From contig NW_021834674.1 in assembly GCF_006345805.1 (NCBI RefSeq), positions 8,645-72,644 on the forward strand: a stretch of DNA of 64,000 nt. Reading direction: 5' to 3'. Position numbers and translations under genes: made by a program. The DNA is from Octopus sinensis. Taxonomy: Eukaryota. This document shows, piece after piece, positions 12,475-36,670 of this stretch. Each line of letters begins with the position of its first letter. Within the stretch, counting starts at the first letter, position 1. The notes under the pieces were generated by a model that saw nothing but the letters and a program-made list of their open reading frames with translations, was not told the DNA's origin and made no database searches.

Positions 12475-15400
12475 CTAGATGCCATCTAATAAATTGATTG
12501 TTCATCTTGATAGTAAGGTCAGACTTATATGTCGGAGAGATCTATGAAAATTAACAATTACATCATGTGATATATTACAATAATGATTGTAGCTGTAGGT
12601 TTCAGGACTAATGAATGCCCATTACTTGAACATTTGCGCTATCAGCCCTATCGTAAGCATTTGAGACAATGATATTCCATTGTCTCACACCCTACCGTCT
12701 TAACCACGGAAAGAATAGAACACACATTACGATGTAAATAAATCAAAGGGATGATCATGACCGAAACGCCTCTGATCTTCGTCTTGTCATCAGAGAACAA
12801 CAAGAATACTTTACAACCAACTGAAATATATTCTGTGAAACAAGGAAAATTCGTCGGCTTTGCATTTTAGTAATTAGAGAGATGAGGTCGTTTATTTGAG
12901 CAGATATCGCCATTCCAATAATCGATAAAAACAATGGCGTTTGTTTTACAAAAACCTTCAAGTAGATAAGAATATTCTCTGGGTGTTGCCAGGACATATG
13001 AAAAATAAATTTTGTAATATAAAAGAAGTCGAGTACACATGAAGTCGTGATTGGGGTACAAGGTCGTGATTTCAAATACAGGACCGAGATGTGTATTGCG
13101 CACTAGATACTTCATCTCATGTTACACAGCGACCATTTCAACACTTGACGTGTAGGAATGGTGACTAGCTGGAATATGGATTTATTTTCCGGATATTAAA
13201 GTATTTCAGCCAATCACATACATCAAGGGAAAATACTGCCACTCTCGTTTAAAAAATATAGAGAATTATTACAACAGGATATTTCATTCAGTATGCATTT
13301 CGGATAGAAGCTGGAAGGTGAGACAAAAAATTTTTATGAGGCAATAGAATATTCAGATAAGTGGATAAGACTTTTAATTTCTGTAAAAAAATTTGAAACT
13401 GAAGTAATATTTGGAGTCGGCTTTATAAAGGTAAATAAATTTTTGTTACTTTTCTTTTATGATTTAACATTTGTATCTACACACACATGTACATATGATT
13501 TATTTTTCCCTCTCTCTCTATCATTCTATAACTATGCAACTTAATAGAATAATTTTGTTCCTGACAATCATTTGTCGGTGAGCATTTGGTTCCAAGCAAC
13601 CATAACATTGTTACATGCACGTCAGAATTATTATTTAAATATTTGTTTGTCTTGTTCATCCTGTATAAAGACTTATACATAAACACACATGCATAGGCGT
13701 GGCTATGTGGTAAGATAGATGGTTCGCAAGCAGATAGATCCAGGTTCAGTTTCACTGCATGGCAATTTGGGAAAGTGTCTTCTACTATAACCTCGGGCTG
13801 ACCAAAGCCGTACGAGTGGATTTGGTAGACGAAAAAACCGAAAGAAGTTCGTATATATAATAATATATTATATATATTATATATATATATATAATATAAT
13901 ATATATATATATATATGGATGCATAAGTGTGTGTGAGTTTGTTTGTTTGTGTATGTGTGTGTCTGTCTTCGCGACTATGTTTGTTACCCTTTCATAACTT
14001 ACAGCAGGTTTTTACGACCCCTCCTTAACATTGCGGTTCGGCAAAAGCGGATAATAAAATAAGTACTTGGCTTACAAAGAATAATCCCTGATGTCAATGT
14101 ATTGGGCTTAAAGGCTTATGATATTGTGCTCCAGCATGGACGCAGGCAAATGACTTCAACAAGTAAAAGAATTAAAGAAAAAGTATACACATTGATATAT
14201 GTGTGTGCTTATGTGTGTGTATATATCTAAATGCGTATGAATATTTATATATATGTATTTATATGCCTATATATACGTGTGTGTGTGTGTGTGTGTGAAT
14301 GTTTCGCCTCGTACACTTGTGCATGTATTCACACACACAGATGTATACACACGCACACAAATACATTCATATATAAATATATATATACATATTTTTTAAT
14401 TATTTTTTTATATATATACAAACGTACATACATACACACACTCATATGCACACACACTCATACACGCACACATTTTTGTGCGTGTTTGTGTATGTATATA
14501 TATCCTCGTGCATTTTTATATAACCATACTTGATTACATATGACACCGTGTAGCATATCTTTGTCCTAAAATCCTAGATTGCCGCCTATAAAGTGGTTTC
14601 TGGCTTAGGTAGAATGCCAGTCGTTTTGTTATTGTGGGGGAGGTGGACAGTCGACTAATTGGACTTCAGCACCTCTGAGAAATGAAAGGCAAAGGGGAGT
14701 TCGACAGGAAAGGACCTCAGAACGTAAAGAGACAATTCCATTTTTGTTATTTTTCATTTAAGATTTAACATTTATATACACACACACATATATATATGAT
14801 TTAATTTTTCCATCTCCCTTTATCTTTCTAAAACTATGCAACTAAATAGAATAACGTTGTTCCCGACGATCATTTGTTGGTGAGCATTTGGTTCCAAGCA
14901 ACCATAACGTTGTCACACGCATGTAAACACTATTAGTTAAACATTTGTTTGTCCTGTTCATCCTATACATAGACTTATACATAAACACACATGCATAGGC
15001 GTTGCTATGTGGTAAGAAACTTGCTCCTTAAGCACTTAGATCCAGGTTTAGTTTCGCTGCATGGCAACCTGGGAAAGTTTCTTCTACTATAGCCTCGGTC
15101 CGAGCAAAGACTTGTGAGTGGGTATTGTAGACGGACCCTAAGGAAGTCCTAGATGTCATTTAATATATTGATGGTTCATCTTGATAGAAAGGTCGAACTT
15201 ATACATCGGAAAGATCTATGAAAATTAACATCCACATCATGTGATGTATTACAATAATGATTGTAGATGTAGGTTTCAGGACTAATGAATGTCCATTACT
15301 TGTATATTTGCGCTATCAGCCCTATCGTAAGCATTTGAGACAATGATATTCCATTGTCTCACGCCCTACCGTCTTAACCACGGAAAGAACACAACACCAA

Positions 15401-16035
15401 TTGCAATATATGTAAATCGACGGGATGATCACGACGGAAACGCCTCTGATCATAGTCTTCTCGTCAGTGAACAACAAGCATCCTTTACAACCAACTGAAA
15501 TATATTCTGGGAAACGAGGGAAATTCGTCGGGTTGGCATTTTAGTAACTCGAGAGATGAGGTCGTGTCTTTGAGCAGATATCGCCATCCCAATAATCGAT
15601 AAAAACAATGGCGTTTGTTTTAGAAATGTGTCAAGTAGATAAGAATATTCTCTGGGTGTTACCAGGACATATGAAAAATACCATTTTGGTAATATAATAG
15701 AAGTCGAGAATACATAACATCGTGGTCAAAGGTGCTGCTCTCGATAACAAGGTTGTGATTTCAAATCCTGCAACGGGAGGTGTATTGCGCCAGAACACTT
15801 CATCTCATGTTGCACAGACACCATTTCAATACTTGTCGTGTAGGAATGGTGAATAGCTGGAAAATAGATTTATTTTCTAGATATTAAAGAATTTCAGCCA
15901 ATCACAAACATCAAGGAAATTTACTGCCACTCTCGTTTTTAAAAAAAATAGAGAATTATTTCAAACGGGTATTTCATTGTGTATGCTTTTCGGATAGCAG
16001 CTGAAACGTGAGACAAAAGTCTTATATGATTCAAG
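12475..16035. repeat. Macrosatellite units U1 (about 12475-15150) and truncated U2 (about 15150-16035)
   Basis: Same segment order as 25612-36670: core A (gttcatcttgatag...gtttcaggactaatgaatg...ataaaggtaaa), B + SINE, (TA)n, C (gattgccgcctataaagtgg), B' + SINE head. Confidence 0.9.
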
Positions 16036-16448
16036 AGAATTAGGTGGCTAGAGTTGGAATGACTTTGTGGAAAACTACGATCAGTGCAAACAACAACGTC
16101 GACCACAACACCCTAAGTAAAACACAAAAAATCAAACAAACATATGTACCTAAGGTTGGCTTCGTTCTCAGACTTTGTATCACCACACCAAACTCCGTAA
16201 TTTTCTGCGTCAGTCTTTCTATCAGTACATGATACAACGCCATATCGTTAGCTGACGAGAGGCATCTCTTAGGAGTAACGCTCAGATCGTTTTGGGGATC
16301 CATGAAAATTCAGTGGGTGTTGCTTCAGTAAAACGCCTAGTAGATAAGAGTGATTCCTGGGTTGCTGTCACACCTACATATGCCATGTACCATGTTTAAT
16401 AATATATTCTTCTATACACACCTGTGTATTAGTGAATATATATATATA

Positions 16449-16503
<55 letters not shown>

Positions 16504-16516
16504 ATGTATTTATATG

Positions 16517-16566
<50 letters not shown>

Positions 16567-16580
16567 CGTGTATGTATGTA

Positions 16581-16635
<55 letters not shown>

Positions 16636-16962
16636 CTATATATATATATATAATGATATTATTGCTTCCAATAATATCAAGTCGCAAGCATGCGTAAAAA
16701 CAATCCCATAAGGTAAAGCCTCATTAATTAATAATTAAAGGTCCTACAAGCTGCAACAGCACACTAAAAATAGCAGCACGAAGAGAGAGAGAGAGAGAGG
16801 AAGAGAGAAAGACAAGGGGAGAAAAAGAGAGAGAAAAAGAAAGTGTGGAACAGAGAGAGAGGGAAAGAAAATGAAAGAAATAGAGAAAGAGAGAGAGATA
16901 AATCGAAGAATAATTAGACAGATAAGCAAATAGAAACTTCTATAAATAGATTGATAGATAGA

Positions 16963-16993
<31 letters not shown>

Positions 16994-17244
16994 TCACACA
17001 CACACTCATACACACACACATACATATATAAATGGTAAAAAAACGCAATAGAAGACAATGAAAGATTCGGACTGATAGACGATAGAAAGGCGGACAGGAG
17101 AAACACCGATTAGAAGGACAGGCAAAAAAAGACGGCTCTTTCGTGGCTTTCTTTCCTCAGTCAAGTCCCAGAAGTCACGACCATCTCGGGCAGTTACACT
17201 TGAGATGGGTCGATCTGGTTGCCCCCATAAAAGTCTCTCTCTCT

Positions 17245-17308
<64 letters not shown>

Positions 17309-17311
17309 ATC

Positions 17312-17368
<57 letters not shown>

Positions 17369-17789
17369 CTGCGTGTATTCATTCGTCTTTTTTCCTCCTC
17401 TCACCAATAAGGGGTTCAACACCCGCCAACGACCTTCGCTGACCATTCCGTCTTCTTCCTGCCCGAAGTTTTGATGCAATAATCAACTTGCATTTGTCAA
17501 ACGAGACATTTGCGTCGTTCAAAATCCGCTTCCCAAGATTCTTAGCACTTGCAAACACTTACTAAATTACGTAGCTGCACCAAGTGGGAAATTCCGTTTT
17601 AACCAGGGAAATATGTACAATTGTTCCGAGTATAAATTATTTGATAAACAATCCACTTGACAAACAGTAGATAAGTAGACATTTAATAATTTTTAATCGA
17701 GAATAAGTGGAATAAGAAGAAACAGGTGGAGCAGAGAGACGCCCAGGAGATCATATTACGTGAGACGAAAGAATTCAAATAAACTAATG

Positions 17790-17790
<1 letters not shown>
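16035..17790. repeat. Low-copy duplicated block D, copy 1
   Basis: About 16035-16400 matches 20985-21330, 16400-17250 matches 22130-22760, and 17555-17790 matches 22985-23200. Confidence 0.85.
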
Positions 17791-17840
<50 letters not shown>

Positions 17841-17841
17841 T

Positions 17842-18298
17842 ATTGATATGACTGTCCCAATCGATATAAACGTATATGTGAAGACCTACCAAAAACTGAG
17901 CAAATATAAAGATCTTGAAATAGAAATCAGCAAAATGTGGAAGCTGAAGACTAAAACAATACCTGTTGTCATAGGTGCCCTGGGAATGATAGCAAAAGGG
18001 GCTGACTGCTACCTAACTCAGATACCAGGAAACCACAAAATGGCAGAAATTCAAAAGATAGTGCTCATGGGAACTGCTCATATCCTACGCAAAATACTCT
18101 CTATGTAATCCCAAGGTTTAAAACAAACTTTTTTTTTATTTATTTATTATTATTTTTTTATGTATTAGACATTCACTAGTACAACACCAAAAAAAAAAAC
18201 AAATATATGGCTCAGAACTTCCAACCTGTTGTCTCTTGAGGTCTCTGGGTGAGACTTGGAGCCAACTTGTACAGACATAAAGCAAAAGTCAAACATAG
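17842..18298 (+). mobile_element. 5'-truncated Dong/R4-clade non-LTR retrotransposon (restriction-like endonuclease C-terminus + 3' UTR) inserted in (TAA)n
   Basis: IDMTVPIDINV...KLSKYKDLEIEISKMWKLKTKTIPVVIGALG...IQKIVLMGTAHILRKIL, with (TAA)n on both sides. Confidence 0.8.
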
Positions 18299-18305
18299 AA
18301 TAATA

Positions 18306-18345
<40 letters not shown>

Positions 18346-18379
18346 CACAATCACAATAATAATAATAACAATAATAACA

Positions 18380-18657
18380 GTCGTTCCAACTATAGGCACA
18401 AGGCCTGAAATCTTTTTGCGAGTGAATTAGTCGATTACATAGCCCCTAGTACAGAACTGGTATTTAATTTATAGACATCGAAATGATGAAATGCGAAGTT
18501 GACCTCGGGGGAATTTGAACTCAGAAACTAATGATGGATGAAATACCACCAAGCATTTTTCCCGGCGTGCTAACGATTCTGCCAGCTCTCCGCTTTAATA
18601 ATAATAACAATAATAATAATAGTAATAATAATAATAATGATGATAATAATAATAATA

Positions 18658-18708
<51 letters not shown>

Positions 18709-18791
18709 CAATAACAATAATAATAACAATAATAATGAAAATAATAATAATAATAATAATAAAATAATAATAAAAATAATAATAATAATAG

Positions 18792-18832
<41 letters not shown>

Positions 18833-20935
18833 TCTACTTGAAGCACATGGACAAGTCCATTACATCGATCCCAGTGTGTAACTGGTACTGAATTTATCGT
18901 CACCGAAAGGATAAAAGGCAAAGTCAACCTCGGCGGAATTTGAACTCAGAACGTAGTGAGAGGCGAAATATCAAATTCTTTACTACCCACAAGGGCAAAT
19001 AAGGACAGACAAACGGATTGAGTCGATTATATCAACCCCAGTGCGTAACTGGTACTTATTTAATCGCCTCCGAAATGATGAAAGGCAAAGTCAACCTCGG
19101 CGGAATTAGAACTCAGAACGTAACCACAGACGAAATCCTCCTAAGCGTTTCGCCTGACGTGCTAACGTTTCTGCCAGCTCACCGCCTTTTGGCAGACGAA
19201 ATACTTCTAAGCGTTTCGCCCGGCGTACCAATAATAACAACAACAACAACGACAACAACAATAATAATAAAGTGAAGATCAAATATATATTGCGTGTGTT
19301 TTCATTGGCAACAGACGACCATCTCCAAATAGAAGTATTTCTGTTTTAACACCCAATTTCAAAAATGCATGAACGTAATGATATTAAATATTAAGTAGAA
19401 ATATTCCGCCGAGGTTGTCTTTGCCTTTTATCCTTTCGGGGTCGATGAAATCAATATCAGTTATGTACTGGGGTCGATGTAATCAACTTACTCCCTCTCC
19501 CGAAATTGCTGGTGTTGTGCCAAAATTTGAAATCAATGTGTAGGAGAAATAAAACAAAACACAGCATTACTCACTAATGGACACCATGTTAATGGTTTTA
19601 GCAAATTATAAAGTGAACGGCTTGGAGAGTGTCTCATCGTTTTGCGTGTTTCCTTGGATTGAATCTGTGTAGGGGGGCATGTTTAGGCGCGGCTGTGTGG
19701 TTAGATGCTTGCTTCCAAATCTGGTTTCGGGTTCATTTCCACTGCGTGGCACACTAAGCACGTGTCTTCTACTGTAGCCATTGGACTCTCAAAATCTTCA
19801 GGAGTGGATTTGGTAGATGGAAACTGAAAGAAGCCCATCGTGACTATTCTTTTACTTGTTTCACTCATTTGACTGCGGCCATGTTGGAGCTCCGCCTTCA
19901 GTCGTACAAATCGACCCTAGGACTTAATCTTTGTAAGCCTAGTACTTATTCTATCAGTTTCTTTTCCAGAACCGCTAGGTTATAGGAACGTAAACACACC
20001 AACACCGGTTGTCAGGGGATGGTGGAGGGACAACTATAGACACACAAATACACACACACACATACGACGGGCTTATTTGAGTTTCCATCTATGAAATCCA
20101 CTCACAATGTTTTGGTCGTCCCTAGGCTATAGCAGAAGACACTCAGTCAAGGTGTCACGCAACGGGACTGAACCTGGAACCATGTGTTTCTTAATCTACG
20201 GCAACTCCTATGCCAATATATGTCTGTCTGTATGTATATCAGTGTGTGTGTGTGTGTCTTTTTGTGTCCGTGTTTGTCCCATCGCTTGATGACCTGTGTT
20301 GGTGTGTTTACGCTCCGGTAACCTAGCGGTTCACCATAATACTCCGATAAAATAAGTTCCAGGCTTAAATAATTAAGTACAGAGGTCAATTAGTTCGACT
20401 CAAAACTTCTCAAACCAGTGGCATCTTTATATATACACATAATCCTTTCCGAGCCATGTTCGTTGAAGCAATTGTTCGTTACACAAGTAATTGAAATACA
20501 TACAAATAGAAGAAATCCGATTCATGCCACTCCCCAAAGCCACATAAATGTATATATTATACCTTAGCGTTCATACAAAAGAAAATCATGTAAAAGGTCG
20601 TATGTGGTGTGATTGCTCAGTTTGGTTTACTACTAAAACACCGGCTTGAACAGAAAAATGTGTAAAAATTGTGTAACAAAGGTGATATGAAGTGGTTGAT
20701 CATTGAGCTGAGGGACATAAATTATAACAGATAATGATCAAGAAAAATATTTAGCGTTAATCAAGGACATTTATTTTATAATTTATAATATAAGTATAGG
20801 TGCTGGAGTGGCTGTTTAGTAAGTAGCGTGCTTACCAATCACATGGTTCGGGGTTCAGTCCAAGTGCGTGGCACCTTGGGAAAATGTGTTCTACTATAGC
20901 CTCGGTGCGACCAAAGCCTTTTTGGTGGATCTAGA
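18380..20935. mobile_element. Cluster of SINEs and SINE fragments on both strands, interleaved with (TAA)n
   Basis: Repeated aaaggcaaagtcaacctcggcggaatt.gaactcagaacg and gtgtcttctact.tagcc motifs at about 18380-18595, 18850-19230, 19405-19540, 19675-20410 and 20798-20935. Confidence 0.8.
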
Positions 20936-20984
20936 AGACATGGTTGCTAATGTTGGAATAAACAAAAATTAAGTTGGTTATAGT

Positions 20985-22153
20985 TGGAATGCCCTTGTGC
21001 AAAATTACGAACAGTGCAAACAACAACGTCGACCACAACACCCTAAGTAAAACACAAATAACAAACAAACAAAGATATGTACCTAATATTGGCCTCGTTC
21101 TCAGACTTTGTATCACCACATCAAACTCCGCAATTTTCTGCGTCAGTCTTTCTATCATTACATGATACAACGCCATATCGTTAGCTGACAAGAGACATCT
21201 CTTAGGGGTAACGCTCAGATCGTTTTGGGTTTCCATGAAAATTCAGTGGGTGTTGCTTCAGGAAAATGCCTAGTAGATAAGAAGGATTTCTGGGATGCTG
21301 TCTCGCCTACAGATGTCATGTACCATGTTTAATAATATAATTGGTGTCCAAGGCGTATGACCACGCTGTTAATGGTGCTGCATTCGCGATAACGAGATCG
21401 CGGTTTCAATTCCCGGAGCGGGAGTTGTATTGCGTTCTTAAGCAAGACACCTCATCTCATATTACTTTGCGTCGTGCAGGAATGGTGAATTGGTGGAAAA
21501 TGGATTTATTTTCCGGATATTAAAATACATCGAATCGCATACATCGACAGAAACTACTGACACCGCTGTTAAAAAATAAAACACACACATAACGGGTTAT
21601 AACAAATGTGTACTTCGGTCAGTACTCTTATCCGATTCAAGCCGCAAATTGAGACAATAAACTTTCATGAGGTAATAGAATATTCAGATAAGTGGAGAAA
21701 CCCTATTTAATTTCTGTAAAAAATTAAAATTAAAGTCTTATTTGGAACCGGCATTATCGAGGAAAGTCAATCTTTGCTATTTTCCTGTTAAGATTTAAAA
21801 TAAATATTTATACACATACATATCTTCACTGGCGAAATTAAATTTAAGACCGATGATAATAGTCCTATATCTAAAAAATATTTTCTTACTAACACCATGC
21901 CTATATTTTACACATTATGCAGAATTTACTTCTCTTTCGAATGATGCAGACAATAACTACTTTTAAACAACTTGAAGAATGCATGAAAGTACTCGTTCAA
22001 TCAGAGTGGATATTTAATATTCTATCACTTCATTATGTTATCTTATCTTATCATATATTATTATAAGATTGTAAATAAATCTTGAAAATCAAAGTTGGAA
22101 TTTCTTTCAGTAATGTATTCTTCCATACACAATCATACACACCTGTGTATAAG

Positions 22154-22190
<37 letters not shown>

Positions 22191-22472
22191 TATTGCTTAT
22201 AATAATATCAAGTGGCAAGTATGCGTAGAAAAATCCCATAAGGTAAAGCATCATTAATTAATAATTAAAGGTCCTACTAACATTAACAACACGAAGAGAG
22301 AGAGAGAGAATGAGAGAAAGAGAGAAGGAGAGAACAAGAGTGAGAAAAAGAAAGTGTGGAACACAGAGAGAGAGAGAAAGAAAAAAGAAAGAAATAGAGA
22401 AAGAGAGAGATAAATCGAAGAATAATTAGACAGATAAACAAATAGAAACATCTATAAATAGATTGACAGATA

Positions 22473-22515
<43 letters not shown>

Positions 22516-22747
22516 CACATATATATATATATATAAATGGTAAAAAACGCAATAGAAGACAATAAAAGATTCGGACTGATAGACGATAGAAAGGCGGACA
22601 GGAAAAACACCGATTAGAAGGACAGGCAAAAAAAGACGGCTCATTCGGGGCTTTCTTTCCACAGTCAAGTCCCAGAAGTCACAACCATCTCGGGCAGTTA
22701 AACTTGTGATGGTTCGATCTGGTTGCCCCGAACTGAAAGTCTCTCTT

Positions 22748-22780
<33 letters not shown>

Positions 22781-22873
22781 CATATGTTATCATTACCTTT
22801 CTACGTGTATTTTATATTTTAATTCTGTAAATATATTTCTAATATACTTATTTATACATATATATATACATAA

Positions 22874-22913
<40 letters not shown>

Positions 22914-23199
22914 CAAACACACACACACACACACACACACATATATGTGTGTGTTGTGTTTGTGCGTGTATTCATTCAAACAATTACTAAATTACGTAGC
23001 TGCAGCAAGTGGGAAATTCCGTTTTAACCAGGGAAATATGTACAATTGTTCCGGGTATAAATTATTTGATAAACAATCCACTTGACAAACAGTAGAAAAG
23101 TAGACATTATTTTAAATATGAAATAAGCGGGATAAGAAGAAATAGGCGTAGCAGAGAGTCGCTGAGGTGATAGTATATGAGACGAAAGAATTTAAACTA

Positions 23200-23200
<1 letters not shown>
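20985..23200. repeat. Low-copy duplicated block D, copy 2, with an extra SINE-containing segment of about 0.8 kb (21330-22130)
   Basis: Direct match to 16035-17790. The extra segment shares atggatttattttccggatattaaa and gaatattcagataagtgg with the tail of core A. Confidence 0.85.
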
Positions 23201-23238
<38 letters not shown>

Positions 23239-23272
23239 TAATATAATAATAATAACAATAACAATAATATTT

Positions 23273-23303
<31 letters not shown>

Positions 23304-23438
23304 TAACAATAATATTTATAATAATAATAATATAATAATAATAATAATAATTATAATAATAATAATAACAATTATAATAATAACAATAATAATAATAATA
23401 ATAATATAATAATAATAATAATAATAATAATTATAATA

Positions 23439-23489
<51 letters not shown>

Positions 23490-23590
23490 TAATATAATAA
23501 TAACAATAATATTTATAATAATAATATAATTATAATAATAATAATAATAATTATAATAATAATAATATAACAATTATAATAATAACAATA

Positions 23591-23625
<35 letters not shown>

Positions 23626-23647
23626 TAATAACAATAACAATAATATT

Positions 23648-23689
<42 letters not shown>

Positions 23690-23798
23690 TAATAATAATA
23701 ACAATTATAATATAACAATAATAATAATAATAAAATAATAATAATAATAATAATAATAAATAATAATAATAATAATAATAATATAATAATAATAATAA

Positions 23799-24352
23799 GC
23801 CCTGATGCAGTACCAGGTAGAGGCTCTCATGGCTTCTGATCTTAACTGATTGGAAGTGGTATCATGTACATTGTTCTGTCTTGGTATAAAAGATGGGCTA
23901 CAGCAAATATTCTGCTCAATACCACAGATTTGCTTGTCAGTTGTTTGACCTTAACCAGTTGAGCATGTCCCTTAGTGGCTGACAATACGTGCATCTCTGA
24001 TCACGAGCAGAAGTAGTGTGGGAGCATCATGGCCATGTGTTGAGAGGGATTCTTTGGAGTTTGAATAATTCACCTCTGGAAACATAGGTGTTTCGTTCAA
24101 CATCCTAAAGCAACCCTTAGTCAGGGACCTTTTGAGCGGGATGGGCTACTCAACCTGAAGAAAATTCTAACTGGGCCCCACCTGCAAGGTCATGTGCTGT
24201 TTATCTTGATATGAGATCACCATGTCGCGCACATATGGTTGTGATGCATGTGCCTGGTGTACCTTTATCAGACGGGTAGTCATGATGGGTATATTGGGCT
24301 TCGTATATTTTACCCCAGTGTCACTTTGATGGCATGAACTGCTCTCTCACTC
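23799..24352. mobile_element. 554-bp non-coding element embedded in (TAA)n, copy 1
   Basis: gccctgatgcagtaccagg...gctctctcactc, flanked by TAA repeats. Appears identical to 24622-25175. Confidence 0.7.
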
Positions 24353-24466
24353 AATAATAATAAATATAATAATAATAATAATAATAATAACAATTATAAT
24401 AATACAATAATAATAATAATAATAATAATAATATAATAATAATATAATAACAATAACAATAATATT

Positions 24467-24502
<36 letters not shown>

Positions 24503-24535
24503 TATAATAATAAAAATAACAATTATAATAATAAC

Positions 24536-24621
<86 letters not shown>

Positions 24622-25175
24622 GCCCTGATGCAGTACCAGGTAGAGGCTCTCATGGCTTCTGATCTTAACTGATTGGAAGTGGTATCATGTACATTGTTCT
24701 GTCTTGGTATAAAAGATGGGCTACAGCAAATATTCTGCTCAATACCACAGATTTGCTTGTCAGTTGTTTGACCTTAACCAGTTGAGCATGTCCCTTAGTG
24801 GCTGACAATACGTGCATCTCTGATCACGAGCAGAAGTAGTGTGGGAGCATCATGGCCATGTGTTGAGAGGGATTCTTTGGAGTTTGAATAATTCACCTCT
24901 GGAAACATAGGTGTTTCGTTCAACATCCTAAAGCAACCCTTAGTCAGGGACCTTTTGAGCGGGATGGGCTACTCAACCTGAAGAAAATTCTAACTGGGCC
25001 CCACCTGCAAGGTCATGTGCTGTTTATCTTGATATGAGATCACCATGTCGCGCACATATGGTTGTGATGCATGTGCCTGGTGTACCTTTATCAGACGGGT
25101 AGTCATGATGGGTATATTGGGCTTCGTATATTTTACCCCAGTGTCACTTTGATGGCATGAACTGCTCTCTCACTC
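24622..25175. mobile_element. 554-bp non-coding element embedded in (TAA)n, copy 2
   Basis: Same termini and internal sequence as 23799-24352. Confidence 0.7.
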
Positions 25176-25228
25176 AATAATAATAAAATAATAATAATAA
25201 TAATAATAATAACAATTATAATAATAAC

Positions 25229-25278
<50 letters not shown>

Positions 25279-25291
25279 TAACAATAATATT

Positions 25292-25401
<110 letters not shown>

Positions 25402-25434
25402 TATAATAATAATAATAACAATTATAATAATAAC

Positions 25435-25524
<90 letters not shown>

Positions 25525-25571
25525 TAGTAATGATAATAATAATAATAACAACAACAACAACAACAATAATA

Positions 25572-36669
<11,098 letters not shown>

Positions 36670-36670
<1 letters not shown>

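Noticed and set aside
12700-13075. Minus-strand LLFSDDKTKIRGVS and NAIVFIDYWDG, resembling LRP beta-propeller motifs
   Set aside because: The motifs are in the wrong order, separated by a stop, have no YWTD repeats, and differences between copies are mostly non-synonymous.
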